Positions 1 through 13,137 of a DNA stretch of 64,000 bases are shown one piece after another (position 1 is the stretch's first letter; every line of letters starts with the position of its first letter). The stretch lies in NCBI GenBank assembly GCA_973895155.1, contig OZ316896.1, forward strand, positions 19,456,754 through 19,520,753, read 5' to 3'. Origin of the DNA: Marsupella aquatica. Its lineage: Eukaryota > Plantae > Marchantiophyta. The notes below the pieces were generated by a model. The model did not search any database, was not told where the DNA came from, and saw only the letters and a list, made by a program, of their open reading frames with translations. Made by a program: the position numbers and the translations under genes.

Positions 1-285
1 ACCTTTGGCTAGGATTGACTTCCTCACCCCTGCCTTTTTGGTAAACCCACAATCTGTGGGGGTGTAGTTGGATCCTATGGGAGTTCATATCCTTAAGTGC
101 AGCCATGGGAGCGAGGGGACTGTCACACATGATGACATCCATGACGTGGTGGCTGTCATTGCTCGGGACTTTGGATCTATACCATGTCGCTATGGAGCAA
201 CAACATCTGCTTCCCCCTCAAGATGGTATTCCTGACCAGCGGGTGGACTGACTGGTCTTTTTTAGGGCTGGAGTTCATTCTATAT
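1..285 (+). mobile_element. Degenerate 3' fragment of an RLE-type (CRE/R2-like) non-LTR retrotransposon: zinc knuckle and start of the restriction-like endonuclease
   Basis: Manual translation from 71 gives DPMGVHILKCSHGSEGTVTHDDIHDVVAVIARDFG. After frameshifts it continues YHVAMEQQHLLP and QRVD. This matches the 'D..G.H.L.C..G.E....HD.VRD...IAR..G.HV..EQ' pattern of RLE-clade LINEs. The fragment is frameshifted and runs to the window edge. Confidence 0.6.
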
Positions 286-1838
286 ATAGGAGATTTTCAC
301 TCAAAACGCGAGTTGTGATATGCAACTTACCTCCCTTGGGCTAAGGCCCCAAATTTGGCTTGTTGGACCTGTTGGTCTTTATAGGGCGTTTTCTCGGGCT
401 TTCCTTTCCACCCTTTCGTGGGCCCTTTCCCATTGGGATGTCTCGGGTTCAGCATTTTTACCTTTTGGCACTGTGATAAATATATAGCTAGCTATCCCAA
501 CTTATTCCCATGTGCCATGCATTGCAAGTATAGCTACTCTTCCTTTCCATTGGTTCTCCCATGAAATGAGTACATTCCATGAAAATGACTAAATTACTTG
601 AAAAATTGAATATGTATTTGAATGAAGGTTGCAATGGGTTGAGGGCCAAATTTTGAACAATTATTTTAAAAATACTTTTAAAAACCACTCAGGAGAAGAA
701 ACATGAATAAACACAAAGAGAGTTATGCATGAGTGAAAAGCTTGAAAAAGGTACAAAACTTCGATATGAAATAAAGACAACGAGAGTTATCTATGCCTAC
801 TATACAATAAAGTACAAGAAAACATTATAGAGTTATATATGTTAGTAAAATTTTGGTAAATTCAGTCATAAAATATTAGAATAAAAAAATTAAGATTATT
901 TATTTATTTTACGTGAACTCAAATAAATATTTTAAACTTGGAAGATATGTCAATTTCAGGGTTTGATAAAGATAGAGTTTGGGAACTTACTATTGTTACC
1001 TAAGTTTGTGAAATTTATAAATATGATAAATGATATGTAAAGCAGGGTAGCACTTAGTTTGAGGATATTTATATTGTACGAGCTTTGTGCGAGACAGTTT
1101 AAAGATAAATAATCTAACATAAGACTCATTTAAAATTTCTAATAAAAAAAATTATATGCTTTTGATCCCTCTTTTGATTCAAAAAACTTTTACTATGCTA
1201 TTTTAGGGATAAATGATTTAACTGATCTCTTGAATGTATGCAAGACAGTGTAAATTGTAACAGGAAAAATTAGATGATTTGAAGACTAAAAGTTTATCAT
1301 GGTGCATTTTATGTTTTTGAGGACTCAAAGTGATAGCATGTTACATAGCCAGGGCATTACTTCACCACATTAAGGTTTTGCAAAATAAAAGATGTTTTAA
1401 AGTTTATTTTTGGTATTTTTTATTTTTTAAAGATTTTTGAGCAAAAGTTCTTTTAATTTGGTCCTAAGACCCATCCTTATTGGCTTCTTGTTCTATGAGG
1501 TGTGCACATAAGGTACACATATACTCACTTGTCTTAGTTAATGACAGTCAGCCATCAATGAAAACCATAAATTTAGGAACAAATCAAGGAGAGCTTACAA
1601 TAGGATGTGCATATGTGAAATTCTCAAAGATAAATTTATGATGAATGAAGATTGAAAACAACAATGGGCTCACTGTGCTCACCTCAAGGGTGAGACATAT
1701 TAAGATCGAGGCTAAGCAATCCGATTAGCATTGATTAGCCCGTACCTAGCTGCCGGCTGCCCACTTTTCTTGATGCTGGTATGAGGACTAAATACTATGT
1801 GTGAATTTGTGTGGGCACCAGCTGCCCCCCAAGCTGCC

Positions 1839-1985
1839 CCCAGGCTGGGTGGTAGAGGAGCTCGCTGGGGCCAGGGAGGTCTCAAGTTCCAATCCTGCTG
1901 GCGACCTTAAACCTTAAACCCCAGGCTCCATGGTAGAGGGGCTCGCTTGGGCTGGGGAGGTTTCAAGTTCAAATCTTGCGGACAA
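1839..1985 (+). mobile_element. Two tandem tRNA-like (SINE-head-like) units
   Basis: Two related ~70-80 bp units, each with an A-box-like TGGTAGAG (1850, 1931) and a B-box-like AGTTCCAATCC/AGTTCAAATC (~1885, ~1966). No intact cloverleaf or acceptor stem, so these are not functional tRNAs. Confidence 0.45.
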
Positions 1986-2112
1986 TGATAGCTTTTGTCA
2001 TTCACCCCACCCAAAAGTGGGTCCATTCATACCCTATTGACACTTCAGAAAAACTTGGGCTCGCCTTATCAAGTATGTGGACAGCTGTGTACCGAGGCTC
2101 TTGAATAATGAG

Positions 2113-2590
2113 ACTCGAGGTTCAGTTTAGTTCTGAATATCAAATGGCACTGCAAGTAATCAAACTCGAGGTTGAGTTTAGTTCTGAATATCGATCAAAT
2201 GGCAGGAGGGTAAATGCTCCGTTATGTATGGCGTTATGTACCACTCTTTCACATCTCTCTATCCTCTGGTCTTTCACTTCGCTGTACCCTCTGATCGTTC
2301 ACTTTGTTTCCCACCTCAACTGTGTCACTAGATTATTCATTTTGGTGATCTGGTTTTTTTATTAGTTGTGCTCACTGCGTAAATCGCTCACTGGATTATT
2401 CTTTTGGGTGATCTCGGTTCTTTCACATTTCTCTACCATCTCTGGTACATTCACTTTGTATCTCACCTCAACTGTATCACTGGATTATTCATTTGGGTGA
2501 TCTGGTTTTAGTATTAGTACTGCTCACTTGCGTGAATCCCTCACTCGATTATTCTTTTGGGTGCTCTGGGTTTAGTATTAGTTTTGCTAG
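2113..2590. repeat. Imperfect tandem repeat region
   Basis: ACTCGAGGTT(C/G)AGTTTAGTTCTGAATATC occurs at 2113 and 2164. From ~2325 to 2580 there are about four copies of CACT(A/G/C)GATTATTC..TT.GGTG(A/C)TCT.GG. Confidence 0.8.
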
Positions 2591-5500
2591 GTGAATAGCT
2601 GCTATTTTAATCAATTCACTGATGCGATTGGTCTTTCAGCTCCTTTTTGTATTTTCAGCTGTCTGATTGTTCCCCTTTGTTTGACTTGCACTGTCTGTCA
2701 TTTTGGTTGATCAATATACTTTAATTTGCTCATGTTTGCACTGCGGGCGCTGTAAAAAGCGATTGTCAATCGACTCTCAATAAAAACAGTGATTTCACAA
2801 AAGCCCAAGGTTTGCTTTCGGCTAAAGCGGCCATGGATGGAAAGCGCTTAGTTTAGTCCTCAAACCAGCGTTTGATAACTTAGTTGACAATTGTTTTAGC
2901 AATGAAACGTTTGCGGTGAAGTCGATTCATTCTCGTTTGAATTGGCTCTAAGAGTATCAAGGTTTCATTCATTTAGCTGTCAGTTCACACATACATTTGA
3001 GATATTTGTTTGATGGACAGGAAATCTTCTTGTGGTGAATGTGCCACAATCATTGCGTCGCAATCAATGCGCCATCAATTTTCTGTTTGATCGACAGAAA
3101 TCTTCTTGTGGTAAGTGCTCGAATCAATTGCTGACCTCCAGGTGAAAATTTAGGGGATCCAACAGTCTATCAAGCTGATCCTCACTGACGGATCGAGGAG
3201 GTAAAGTGATATTATACACACACCAGAAGCTGATAGAGAGCGCACAAATCACCAACGACGCACAAAAATAACTAATACTGAACACAAGATCTGCCAAAGA
3301 TGCCACAAAAGAAAGAAAAATAAAATTGAAGTTCGTGATCTTCTTGGATTGTTGTGCCTTTAAAGTTACTAAAGTCTGAGGAGAGTCACAGTAGGAGCTG
3401 TGGGTTAGTGTCTTGATGACCATCGATAAACTTAGATTAGGCACTTGGAATCTCAGATTGGCGTACTACTTATTAATTGGACCAGGTCGTTATTTGGACA
3501 GACCAGGTCTATACCTTCCGCGTGGGGATGGGGATCAAGGCCTCTGGTCCAGCTCGTCCTGGTCTACTATCTCTATGCAAGTTGGGTCCGGTCATGGGCC
3601 GTCATAATTCTGTCTCAGTGGTTATCGTACGCCAAATATGGCCTACTAATTCGGCCCCCCTTTTATCGACCAAAATGAGTCTTGTAAGTTGGGACCTTGT
3701 CGTCGCGGGACGACCCTGCCCCGCCCGCATGGACTGGCACACTGCCCAATAAATCATCCTATCCGGGTTTGATCTCTGCTGTAGATTCTGGCGCTTGTAA
3801 AATACTCCACAATAGTGTCAACCTCAGACCACAACGAAAGCATGCTTAACGTACTCTACAATAGTCTCAATCTCAGACCGCATGCTGAGAAGCGGCACGG
3901 TAGCTATGGAATATAATTATGTCAGTGCTGAGTCTTGCTGACAGAACAATTGTTGCGGATTGCGGCGCGATTCGTGATCATCTCACTTTCGAGTTCTCTT
4001 CATGAGCTATACATTAAAAGGGAAATTAAAATAATAAAGGAGTAGCCAAGCGAGATTTGGACGTGTCATGGCCATATTTAACGTTAGCCATTAACCAATG
4101 CAGAGACCATATAGCAAAAATAGAATACAGTACAGAGAATATTGTCACCAAACAGTCGTCTGATATTGTCATGAAGTCACTGGTCTGCACTGCCGGTGGA
4201 CTTTTTCTGCCTCGGAAATGGAGCATTTCTCTTTTCGCAAACATGAGGTGTTGAATGATGGGTCCAGCAGCTGAATGATTGGCTTTTCACTTTCCAAGGA
4301 TTGGTTTAGGCTTTAGGCCTTTAGGGAGCTGCTTGGACGCTACGCGTAGCAATTAATTAAGAACAGAATCTCACACTGGAATACCTGTACTGTAGTACTA
4401 CAGACTGTAGTCTTAGGTGAACAGTCACAATGAATAGTAGAGCAGCAAGTCTGTAGAAGTGTGGAGGAAACGTCATTGTGTTTTTTTCCCTTGGCATGCA
4501 CTATTCTTACACATAGAAAAAGAAGAAGAAGCAAAAATTATGATACAACCAGGGGGCAAGTCCCCAGGAGCCAGGCGTGCAGAGATGGGGTGGTTCCAGG
4601 AAGGAAAGTGAGACAAAGTACAACTAAACGCTGGTTCCAGGAAGGAAAGTGAGACATAGTACAACTACAGTAATTAGAGTCACATGGTGCAATTTAACAC
4701 ACTGCCAAAAAACAAAGAGAGATTCTATGAAGGGGCGACAACAACCAAAGGGAAATCCCCAGGAGACCAAATTAAGAGCCAAAAGTCCCAAATGACCCCT
4801 GCAAAAGTCTCCCACAACTACCACGAGCTACAAAACCCCAAAAGCCTCCCTATCTGCAAATTGGTTGAAGAGCCTGGTAGAGTTATCCTTTAGATCGCAC
4901 ACCTGGGTCAAATACATGAATTTGACTACAGACCTTAAATCCCGGTTAGGACTTATCGGACATATAGGACCTCTTATCCAACAAACGACATATGTCGCCC
5001 CGGACGATCATGGTTGGGTGATACGGTCGGGCTGGGAGGGTGGTGGGTCTGTCAGGCGGCCGGGGCTAGCCGGGCCGGTACAAAGTGGAGCCATGACAAA
5101 GCAAGCCAGGAAGGGCCAGTCAGGACAAAGCAAGTCGGGTCGGGGCCGGGACATAGCTGGCCGGTCGGCCGAGCAGGCGGCCAGGCCGGGAAGGGGAGGC
5201 TGGGGAGGGGCGGGAGGGTTTGGGAGAGTCCGGGACCGGACCGGGGATGGTTTGGGAAATTTTGGTCCCAGGCGGGGAATGTAGAAGAAAATTGGACAAA
5301 TTTCATTTTAAGCCCACAAGTTGTCATTTTTGTTGTGTCCGACAAGTCGACAACGTGTCTGGCAGTGAAAATGGGGCCTTAAATCACCTGCCTCACCCGC
5401 CACAACATATTCTATAGTGCTTGTGAAACCTAGATATATTTGTGATGTAAATATTCTAAGCATATTGATGTACTTGTTGACTTTTCTGTTGAGCAAAGAT

Positions 5501-5660
5501 CGCATTCCCAACAGCAAGTCCAGGCCATGACCATCCAGTCCCCAAGTAGTAAACACATAGAGATATGTGGCTCACCTCAATTGAGGCTATATCCACGGGA
5601 ACACTCAAACAAGAGCTTTACTGCACTTTAGGCCCGTTGGCCATACCGAGTCTCCACCAT

Positions 5661-7229
5661 GGGGGTCTCACTATATGGAGGCTTCCCCATCACTTGCAAA
5701 GTGTTTAGGCCTCAGACCCACTAAAATGTAAGAAAAAAATGTTTTGACCCCTATAGAGTGTGAATAATCTTGGAATATTTCAAAATTTTGATGAACAAAA
5801 CCCTCAGGGGTCTCACTATATGGAGGCCTCCCCATCAGTTGTGACGTTTTTAGGCCTTGGACGCCCTAAAACATAAGAATATATACTTGGAATATTCCCA
5901 AATTTTGGTTACAAGAACCCTAATGTTCTTATAAGTTACACGTGATGTGTAGTTTTTGTGGAAGTGAAACCCCCAAGATAAAAACCTAATGTTCTTACAA
6001 GTCTCAATATTAGATCTAAAATCCCTATTTATTTGTTCTTCTGAGAAATTTTTAAGTCTTCCCTTAGACCCAATAAGACAATCATACCCTTCGTTGCATG
6101 TGATGTGTCATTTTTGTGAAAGTGAACCCCCAAGGTCTTTGCAATTATACAATATCTTTCTATCTCTCAACTGGCTCCATAGCAATAACCATGATTTCCT
6201 TCTATCCAAGCAAACACCGTTTACTTGGATTGATATAGTGTGCAACCTAGCTAACCTAACCTAGTCCTCGACTAAGGTTAGCCCTAACTACAATTATAGT
6301 TGCAATTGCCAGTAGACCTAAGAGTAAATGCCTAGTTACCATTTCCCCCTTGACTTTGGTCTAGGAACTGTGGGTAATACTGCTAACATATAAGATACTC
6401 AATGGGAATCAAGTACTTGATAATCCAGTTCACTGCTTCTTAGTGTACCTTCCCTCTAGATTCAACATGTACTTGCTCATCTTGTCCATGATAGCTATGG
6501 CAAGATCAAGTCTAGTGCAAGTCATCAAATACATGATCGAGACCTTTGGACCCTTAGCTTATGAAATAACCAAACATATGTGGGAACTTCCAATAGGTAT
6601 TTTATAAATCCATTTTCCAGATATTACTATAACTTACAACATTAGAATGAACTAGGGTACGAACGGTCTGCCCTAAGCTTGGCCCTTCCTCTCGCCCTTC
6701 CTATGACTGAACCAGCTCCCAATGCTAGTCTAAGTCCTTTATGTGCATCACAACCTCAACGCATCGCCTATGCTAGTGCAATGCTTCATTGCGCACAATT
6801 CTCTCCATACTTAGTCCCCATCAGATGGTCGGCAAGGGGGCCTGGACCATAGAGGAGCTTGACTTTGGAGTCAATGATGCCTGAGCTAAGTGGAAGGGTA
6901 GTTGAGTGCCGTGACTTGTTCTTGTAATTCTCTCGGGAGTTTCACTTCCACAAAAATGACACATCACGCGAGACATCACGTGCAATGAAGTATAAGGTCA
7001 TTTTATTGGTTCCAAGGGAAGACTCAAGAATTTCCGAGAAGAATAATAGGGTTTGTTAAATCCAATTTTCAGACTTAAAAGAAGATTAGGGTTTTTTATC
7101 AACTTTTTAGAATATTCCAAGAATATTCTAACTTTATAGGGGTTAAAAATAATATTTGTTCTTACATTTTAGAGGGTCCGGGCCTATAAACATCGCAGAT
7201 GATGGGGAGGCCTCCATATAGTGAGACCA
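5661..7229. mobile_element. Non-autonomous long-TIR (Mutator/foldback-like) element, ~1.57 kb
   Basis: The reverse complement of ~6935-7229 aligns with 5661-5805 plus ~5980-6135 (e.g. GGTCTCACTATATGGAGGC.TCCCCATC and GTGATGTGTCATTTTTGTG.AAGTGAA). The left arm carries an internal duplication starting near 5806. No transposase ORF, and the TSD is not resolved. Confidence 0.7.
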
Positions 7230-8798
7230 CCAAGGTAAGTCTCAAAATTAGATTAAAATACCCATATATTCTTCAAAAAACATTTTAAAGTCGTCCACCC
7301 AATTGAACTAAAATAACCTGGAACTTCTTCATGTGTGATGTGTCAGAAGCGAGGTGAGAAGAAAAGTAGTGAGGACCCTGAGGGCAAGAGTCTGGTGTTG
7401 ACCCTCTATTATAAAACATTTGATTGATATAATCTTGAAAAACGTTCTACACATGATAATGTTTTTTCTTTCAATTCATATACTTGAATTCATTGAGTTG
7501 AGAATAAATTAAACTTGACATGATTATCAATTAGATATAAGAGGAATAAAAAAGAGGAGACAAGACCCCTTAGCAAGTGACCCAGTAGAGACCCTGAAAC
7601 CAAACTTCACCCCTAAGGATAGTGAGTGCTTGAGCCTAGCTTATGTAGTGCAAAAACACAAATGGACTTTACAAGAACTTGGAAGCACACTATGTCACTA
7701 TTTTGTCATTCCAAATGTGAGGTCCTGAGTAAAAATGTGCTATGTCTGGACCTTAAATAAAAACGTGCATTTTGGTCCAATCTTTACACCACCTCAACAG
7801 ATGATCAAGATCTCTTCAAAAAGCAAGGCCACATTAGGGAAAAAGGGACCCACAGGGGGCCCACTTGCTAGATGACTAGGATGTAAACGTTTTGCGTGTG
7901 CCCTCAACAGCCCCAAAGTTCATGTAAGTGAAGACTGCCAAGTTCTGACTCACATTTGAATGATTGGCCATCACAAAAAAAGAGGTTACTATGTGATACG
8001 TGCAAAAATGAGTTATTGTGCATTTATTGAGAACAGCTACAGAGTGTCCATGTGTAGTTATGGTCCCCCCTAAAGGTGACCGCACCCTCAATTGTATATC
8101 CTGTCCCTAAACATGATCTCCTACCGTCAGTGCAATTTTTGCCACTTATCCTTAATAAGTGTAGCTTTTATCAATAAACGATAACCTGAACTCACCCGCT
8201 AAACCATGCTTGGAAACAGGTCCTCTGGTGCTGACCTTTGTCCAATTTGGCCTCTAACTCAACTTCTGTAGCTTTCAAAACTCAAGTTGAATTTCCACAT
8301 AAAGTTTTTTCACCGAGACTTTAATTAGACCATAGTTCAAACTCGAGTTTACTTTGGGGATACTTCTATGATTGGGTAACCTTTTCTCTTCCAGCTCATA
8401 AAATGTGGGGCCAGACGTGTAGCCTGCAGTTTGATGGTTGGACTGTCATACCGATGGCAAGTCTACCACGTTGGAAACATTCAGCCCGTTCCCAACTTTG
8501 ACTCGGTGCACTACCGTAGTCTCTTTAGTAGCACAAAGCCAGGTGAGAGTACATATAGTCTCATCTGCAGACAGATCAACTCAACAGCCAGTTCTTCTCC
8601 GGGCTTCATTCTACTCAGCCGAAGGTTTTTCGGCAAATTTCAAGTCCATCATTAGCGTCGTGCACAAAGTATCTGGCTCCATCGCCTCCACTGTAGAATC
8701 CACGATTTCGTTTCGAGAGAGCTTAGAAGTGCACAATCTCTGGATTGCGTTGAGATTCTTAGATCGAAGCGATTGCTGACACTTCTGTTCATCGAGAA

Positions 8799-9956
8799 AT
8801 GGCTGCGTATCGGCATCAGAGAGCGGAGGGGCCGGCCACCGTTCTCGCCATCGGCAAAGCTGTTCCTCCCACCGCTTATCCTCAGAGCGAGTACGCGGAT
8901 TTCTTCTTCAACATCACGAATTGCAATGAGAAGACTGCGCTTAAGTCGAAGTTCGCTCGTATCTGCAAAAACTCAGGGATCAACCAGAGGTACTTCCATT
9001 GCACCGAGGAGGTGTTGAAGGCCAATCCAGCGATGTGTACTTACATGGATGCTTCTCTCGATGTTCGCCAGGACATTGCCATTAAAGAGGTACCCAGGCT
9101 TGCAGCAAAGGCCGCGGAGGAGTCTCTCGCAGAGTGGGGCCAACCCAGAGAGAACATTACGCATGTAGTTTTTGCTACCACCAGTGGTGTCAACATGCCT
9201 GGAGCGGATCTCACTCTCACCAGACTCCTCGGGTTGAACCCGAATGTCAAGCGCACAATGCTGTATCAACAAGGCTGCTTCGGAGGAGCCACAGTTCTGC
9301 GTGTAGCTAAAGATTTGGCTGAGAACAACAAAGGTGCTCGAGTTCTGACCGTAGTCAGCGAACTCACGTGTGTGACATTCAGAGCGCCTAATGAGGAGCA
9401 TCTGGACAACTTGGTCGGGTCGGCAATCTTTGGCGATGGAGCTTCAGTGCTGGTCATCGGCTCTGACCCGCTCAAGGTGGAGAAGCCTCTCTACGAAATC
9501 CATTGGTCAGGAGAAACCATCCTTCCTGAGAGTGATGGTGCAATCGAAGGGCGCCTGACACAAGCTGGCCTCATGTTTCATTTACTGAAGGATGTTCCCG
9601 GCATCATTTCAAGGAATACACTGCCCATATTCAATGCTGCTCAATCTGAAATGGCCGGGTCTCCTGGCTGGAACGACATCTTCTGGGTAGTACACCCCGG
9701 AGGTCGGGCCATCCTCGATGAACTGGAGAAGGCACTAAGTTTGAAGCCGGAGAAGCTGAAGGCCACCAGGGATGTGCTTTATGACTATGGTAACATGTCC
9801 GGTGCTAGTGTTCTGTTTGTGCTTGACCAAGTCAGGAAGCTGTCTATTCAGAACAACTCGACGACATCTGGAGAAGGATCTGAGTGGGGAATTTGTGTGG
9901 CATTTGGCCCTGGTTTGACAGTCGAAGTATCGGTGTTGAAAAGCATTGCAAGGTAG
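8799..9956 (+). CDS. Type III polyketide synthase (chalcone synthase / stilbenecarboxylate synthase-like), intronless, 385 aa
   Basis: Complete ORF with the catalytic triad Cys160 (QQGC), His299 (WVVHPGG) and Asn332 (YGNMS). Gatekeeper Phe211 and Phe260, [16 protein letters not shown] and an (A)FGPG loop are present. Confidence 0.97.
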   Translation: MAAYRHQRAEGPATVLAIGKAVPPTAYPQSEYADFFFNITNCNEKTALKSKFARICKNSGINQRYFHCTEEVLKANPAMCTYMDASLDVRQDIAIKEVPRLAAKAAEESLAEWGQPRENITHVVFATTSGVNMPGADLTLTRLLGLNPNVKRTMLYQQGCFGGATVLRVAKDLAENNKGARVLTVVSELTCVTFRAPNEEHLDNLVGSAIFGDGASVLVIGSDPLKVEKPLYEIHWSGETILPESDGAIEGRLTQAGLMFHLLKDVPGIISRNTLPIFNAAQSEMAGSPGWNDIFWVVHPGGRAILDELEKALSLKPEKLKATRDVLYDYGNMSGASVLFVLDQVRKLSIQNNSTTSGEGSEWGICVAFGPGLTVEVSVLKSIAR

Positions 9957-10983
9957 TCAATCAGCGTGAGGCTCTTGGCACGATCACAATGGCCAGTGAT
10001 GTTAACTCAGTCGATGTAAGTAAAAGTACAATTTTTATGATTTAGAGGGCTTGTCAAAGTTTCGTTTTGTAACGGGCACTTCTTAATTCTAAACAGAAGT
10101 TGGCTTCTGTGCGTGGTGCACAAGGCTCTTCGTGAAACTCTAACGAGAATTAGACAGGGCGATGACATTGCCATGGTAGATAACAGGACGTAGTCGCATT
10201 TCGGTGACGTCTCTACGTGATTAGTTATCGTAATAATCTTACGCTAGTCCCGTGATAGGATGTTACAATGTTTAAATCATCTCGAGCTATTTGCATGACA
10301 CGAGGAAGTATCAATCTTCGATTTCCTCCGCTCAACGGTAGGTCGTTGAACAGAACCGAGCAGGCTTTCCAAAGCCTCTACAGTAGGTCAAGAGAAATTA
10401 ATTTTTGTAAAGCGATGGATTCTACGATTAATTTCAATAATGTGTGCATGTACACCAGTACACTTTTCTTCACGTCCAAGAATTTTCGTGAATATGATTC
10501 CAGGTTTCGAGACTCTATGTTCATGATTTATGTGCGTTACAACGACACAAACTCTTGGATCCCTGAAAGAGGAAGTGAGCCCTCTTGGTGTAGACATAAC
10601 ACTAATTACAAATGAAATGTGTGAAATGCAAAAAGTCACATGCAACCCTGCCCGTGCAAAAAAATCATATGCAACCCATTCACTTTAACTTTATTTGAAT
10701 TGCAGGCACTGCATTTTTTTGTTCATATATTTGTCTTAAATGACAATAATTGTACACTACTGACTTGCTGGGTTTTCAAGATTATAATCTAGGGTCGGGC
10801 TGAGTTTCATTTGGCCATGACCAGTACTTGGAGCCCCTACATAAGAAGTACATCAATTGTCAGAGCTTCTTTTTTTGGCTTTTTTTTTGCTATCTGCGTT
10901 TTAAAGTGAAAATCTCTTTTTCCTTTGGGTTATTAATTCTGCTTTTTCCTCCAATTTTTATCTTCCCTTTTTAAAATCATGTT

Positions 10984-11120
10984 GGAGGGAAGAAAAGGGT
11001 GGGGGAGAGGGAGGGAGGGAAGGAGAAAGTGGGGCTGGGAGGGAGCCAGAGCAAAAGGAGAGAAAGGGAGGGTGCAGGGAGAGGGAAAAGAAAGGAAAAT
11101 GATAAAGGAAAAATAGGAAA
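10984..11120. repeat. Purine-rich low-complexity G/A tract
   Basis: Runs such as GGGTGGGGGAGAGGGAGGGAGGGGAAGG; almost purine-only on the + strand. Confidence 0.7.
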
Positions 11121-11411
11121 ACCACTTTCTCCTTCCACGTAACGCAGTGCACCCTGCAATTTTATTGACTTACATTTCCTTTTCCCACAGTCATGCATTT
11201 CAATCTGTATCTCACCTGCATTTCCTTGCATCATCTTCAGTTGACATCGTTGCCTCAATTTGATATCTTCAGTGCAATACAAGTGTAATGGCATTGGGCT
11301 ATGTCTTTTAGACAGGCTTATAGAATAACCTCTTAGCAACTTCTCTCCTGCGACTCTTATTATAACTCTCTCAAAATTTTGATTATAGATATACATCTAT
11401 ATATAAATTAC

Positions 11412-11753
11412 TTAGGCTCCTTTGAAAGATCTTTCCATGCTTGTTCTTAAGGAACCCAAAAGCGTCCATTTGATAACAAGCCAGAACGATGTTAAATGTA
11501 TTCTGACTATGTTAGGCTCCTTTGAAAGATCTTTCGAGCTTGTTCCTAAGGAACCCAAAAACGTCCACTTGATATCAAGCCAAAATGATATTAAATGTTG
11601 AAGTTAATTGCTAGAAATCTTTCAGATGTAGAGTGTCCATTTGAGGTGATGGCAGAATCTTCAGGATTTCCTAGTTCTTTCAACTTTTGTCAAAACTACA
11701 CTAGAGATGTCAGTCTTGCTAGAAAAATCTTTGCAAGCCTCTTCTAACGAGCC
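11412..11753. mobile_element. Possible Tourist-like MITE with a duplicated 5' end
   Basis: TTAGGCTCCTTTGAAAGATCTTTC occurs at 11412 and 11512 (~100-bp duplication). The distal CTAACGAGCC is an imperfect inverse of GGCTCCTTTG. Confidence 0.35.
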
Positions 11754-13137
11754 CATGAATAAACTTTTGTAAACAAGAAGGGTGTCAATGACTGAATGCA
11801 TGAAAGGTGTCATTGCCTAGGGGGTTGCAAGGTTAAATTCACAGGCTTGGGACAGAGTGAGAAGCCCATGAAGCATGCAAATAACAAATAATTTTAAAAT
11901 AGGTGCCCAGTGCTAGAATTTGGACCGTTTTGTATTTTTTTATCGTTTATTGTTTGTACTAATCAGATTACCACTACATATATTATTTTCACTGGTCTGG
12001 CAAAAATAGTGGCCGTTTCTTTGCAAATAATTGACATTGTTCAAACTTGGACTCACGTGATGCCAGGATTGACTACAAGACCTGGACCTAAGGACCCGGG
12101 TTGGACCTTATGGGTAAGTAATGAACCTACTCACAGGGAACAAGGATTCAGCTTACAGTTAGGCATAGCGCGGCCAAGATGTGCTTAGCGTCGTTAATGA
12201 GGCCAAATAGAAATGAGATTGGTTCAGTCTTGGGTACCAATGATCTCTCTCGATTTTTCCTCCCATTTTGTTTGTACTCTTTTGCCCTTTTAGTGGATTA
12301 TCCAAAAAAAATTGTACTTCAGTTCAGTTCAGAGAAAGTAGCAAATTCTGCTCTACTCTGCCCCCCACCCCCTTTTCCTTCCCTCGTCTCTATGCAAGAT
12401 GCTAAGTTGGATTCCGAGACAAAGAGAAACGATAATCAGACAACATTACAACCTTCGTCGGTTAGCTAATTAAGTCTCCTTGTGGTTGGTATGTGGACAC
12501 TCTTGGCCCATTTGATCACAGTAGGTTGAAGTTGTCTTATTATTCTGCTGCTAGATACAAGACTAGACTAAGCGAGACTCGATGTTGAATGATGTCCAAA
12601 ACGAACTGCCAATCCCAAATATATCAGAAAAAGTGCAGGTGGAGAAAGCTTGGTATTTAATCGGGTATTTTGTCCCTTCTTATGTGAGTTATACAAAGCT
12701 TTAACTACTGAAGGTCCCTTGGAAGCTTCACGTTGGGCCATGCCACATACCTCAAGACTTTTGGGGGCTCAAGGGGGTAACGGACATGGTTCACAAGCGC
12801 TTGCTAAATGCCAATATTACAAGTTGTTATAATTAGTCTCACTGAGAGATATCAATCTCAACAGCTTTCCGGCCTGCCATCTCCCCTCTTGTCACCCAAG
12901 CTCGAGGGTACGTACCTTCTCGTTCCATTTGCGTCCTTTCCCTCGGTGTCCAATCTAGATATCCAATCGAGAGTGTCTACTTTTCAAGTAATCTACGAGA
13001 CCAGCTTGAGGATTGAAGAGAGCTCGTTTGAGCGGAGGGCATCTGCACGGAGTTAAAGCCACGTTTCTTGTCTACCCGCTTGTCTTGATAAGAGTCCGAG
13101 TGCTGTGTCTGATCATGAGGCCACCGATCGTCATTAC

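Noticed and set aside
4304-4326. Telomere-like TTTAGG repeats
   Set aside because: Only three degenerate units, too short for an interstitial telomere.
4865-5417. Gly/Arg-rich ORFs in a GC-rich patch
   Set aside because: Low-complexity CCGG/GGG-rich sequence open in several frames on both strands, probably TE subterminal repeats.
8973-9475. Antisense ORFs over the PKS (likewise over the helicase, ELIP and fucosyltransferase exons)
   Set aside because: Shadow ORFs of real coding sequence.
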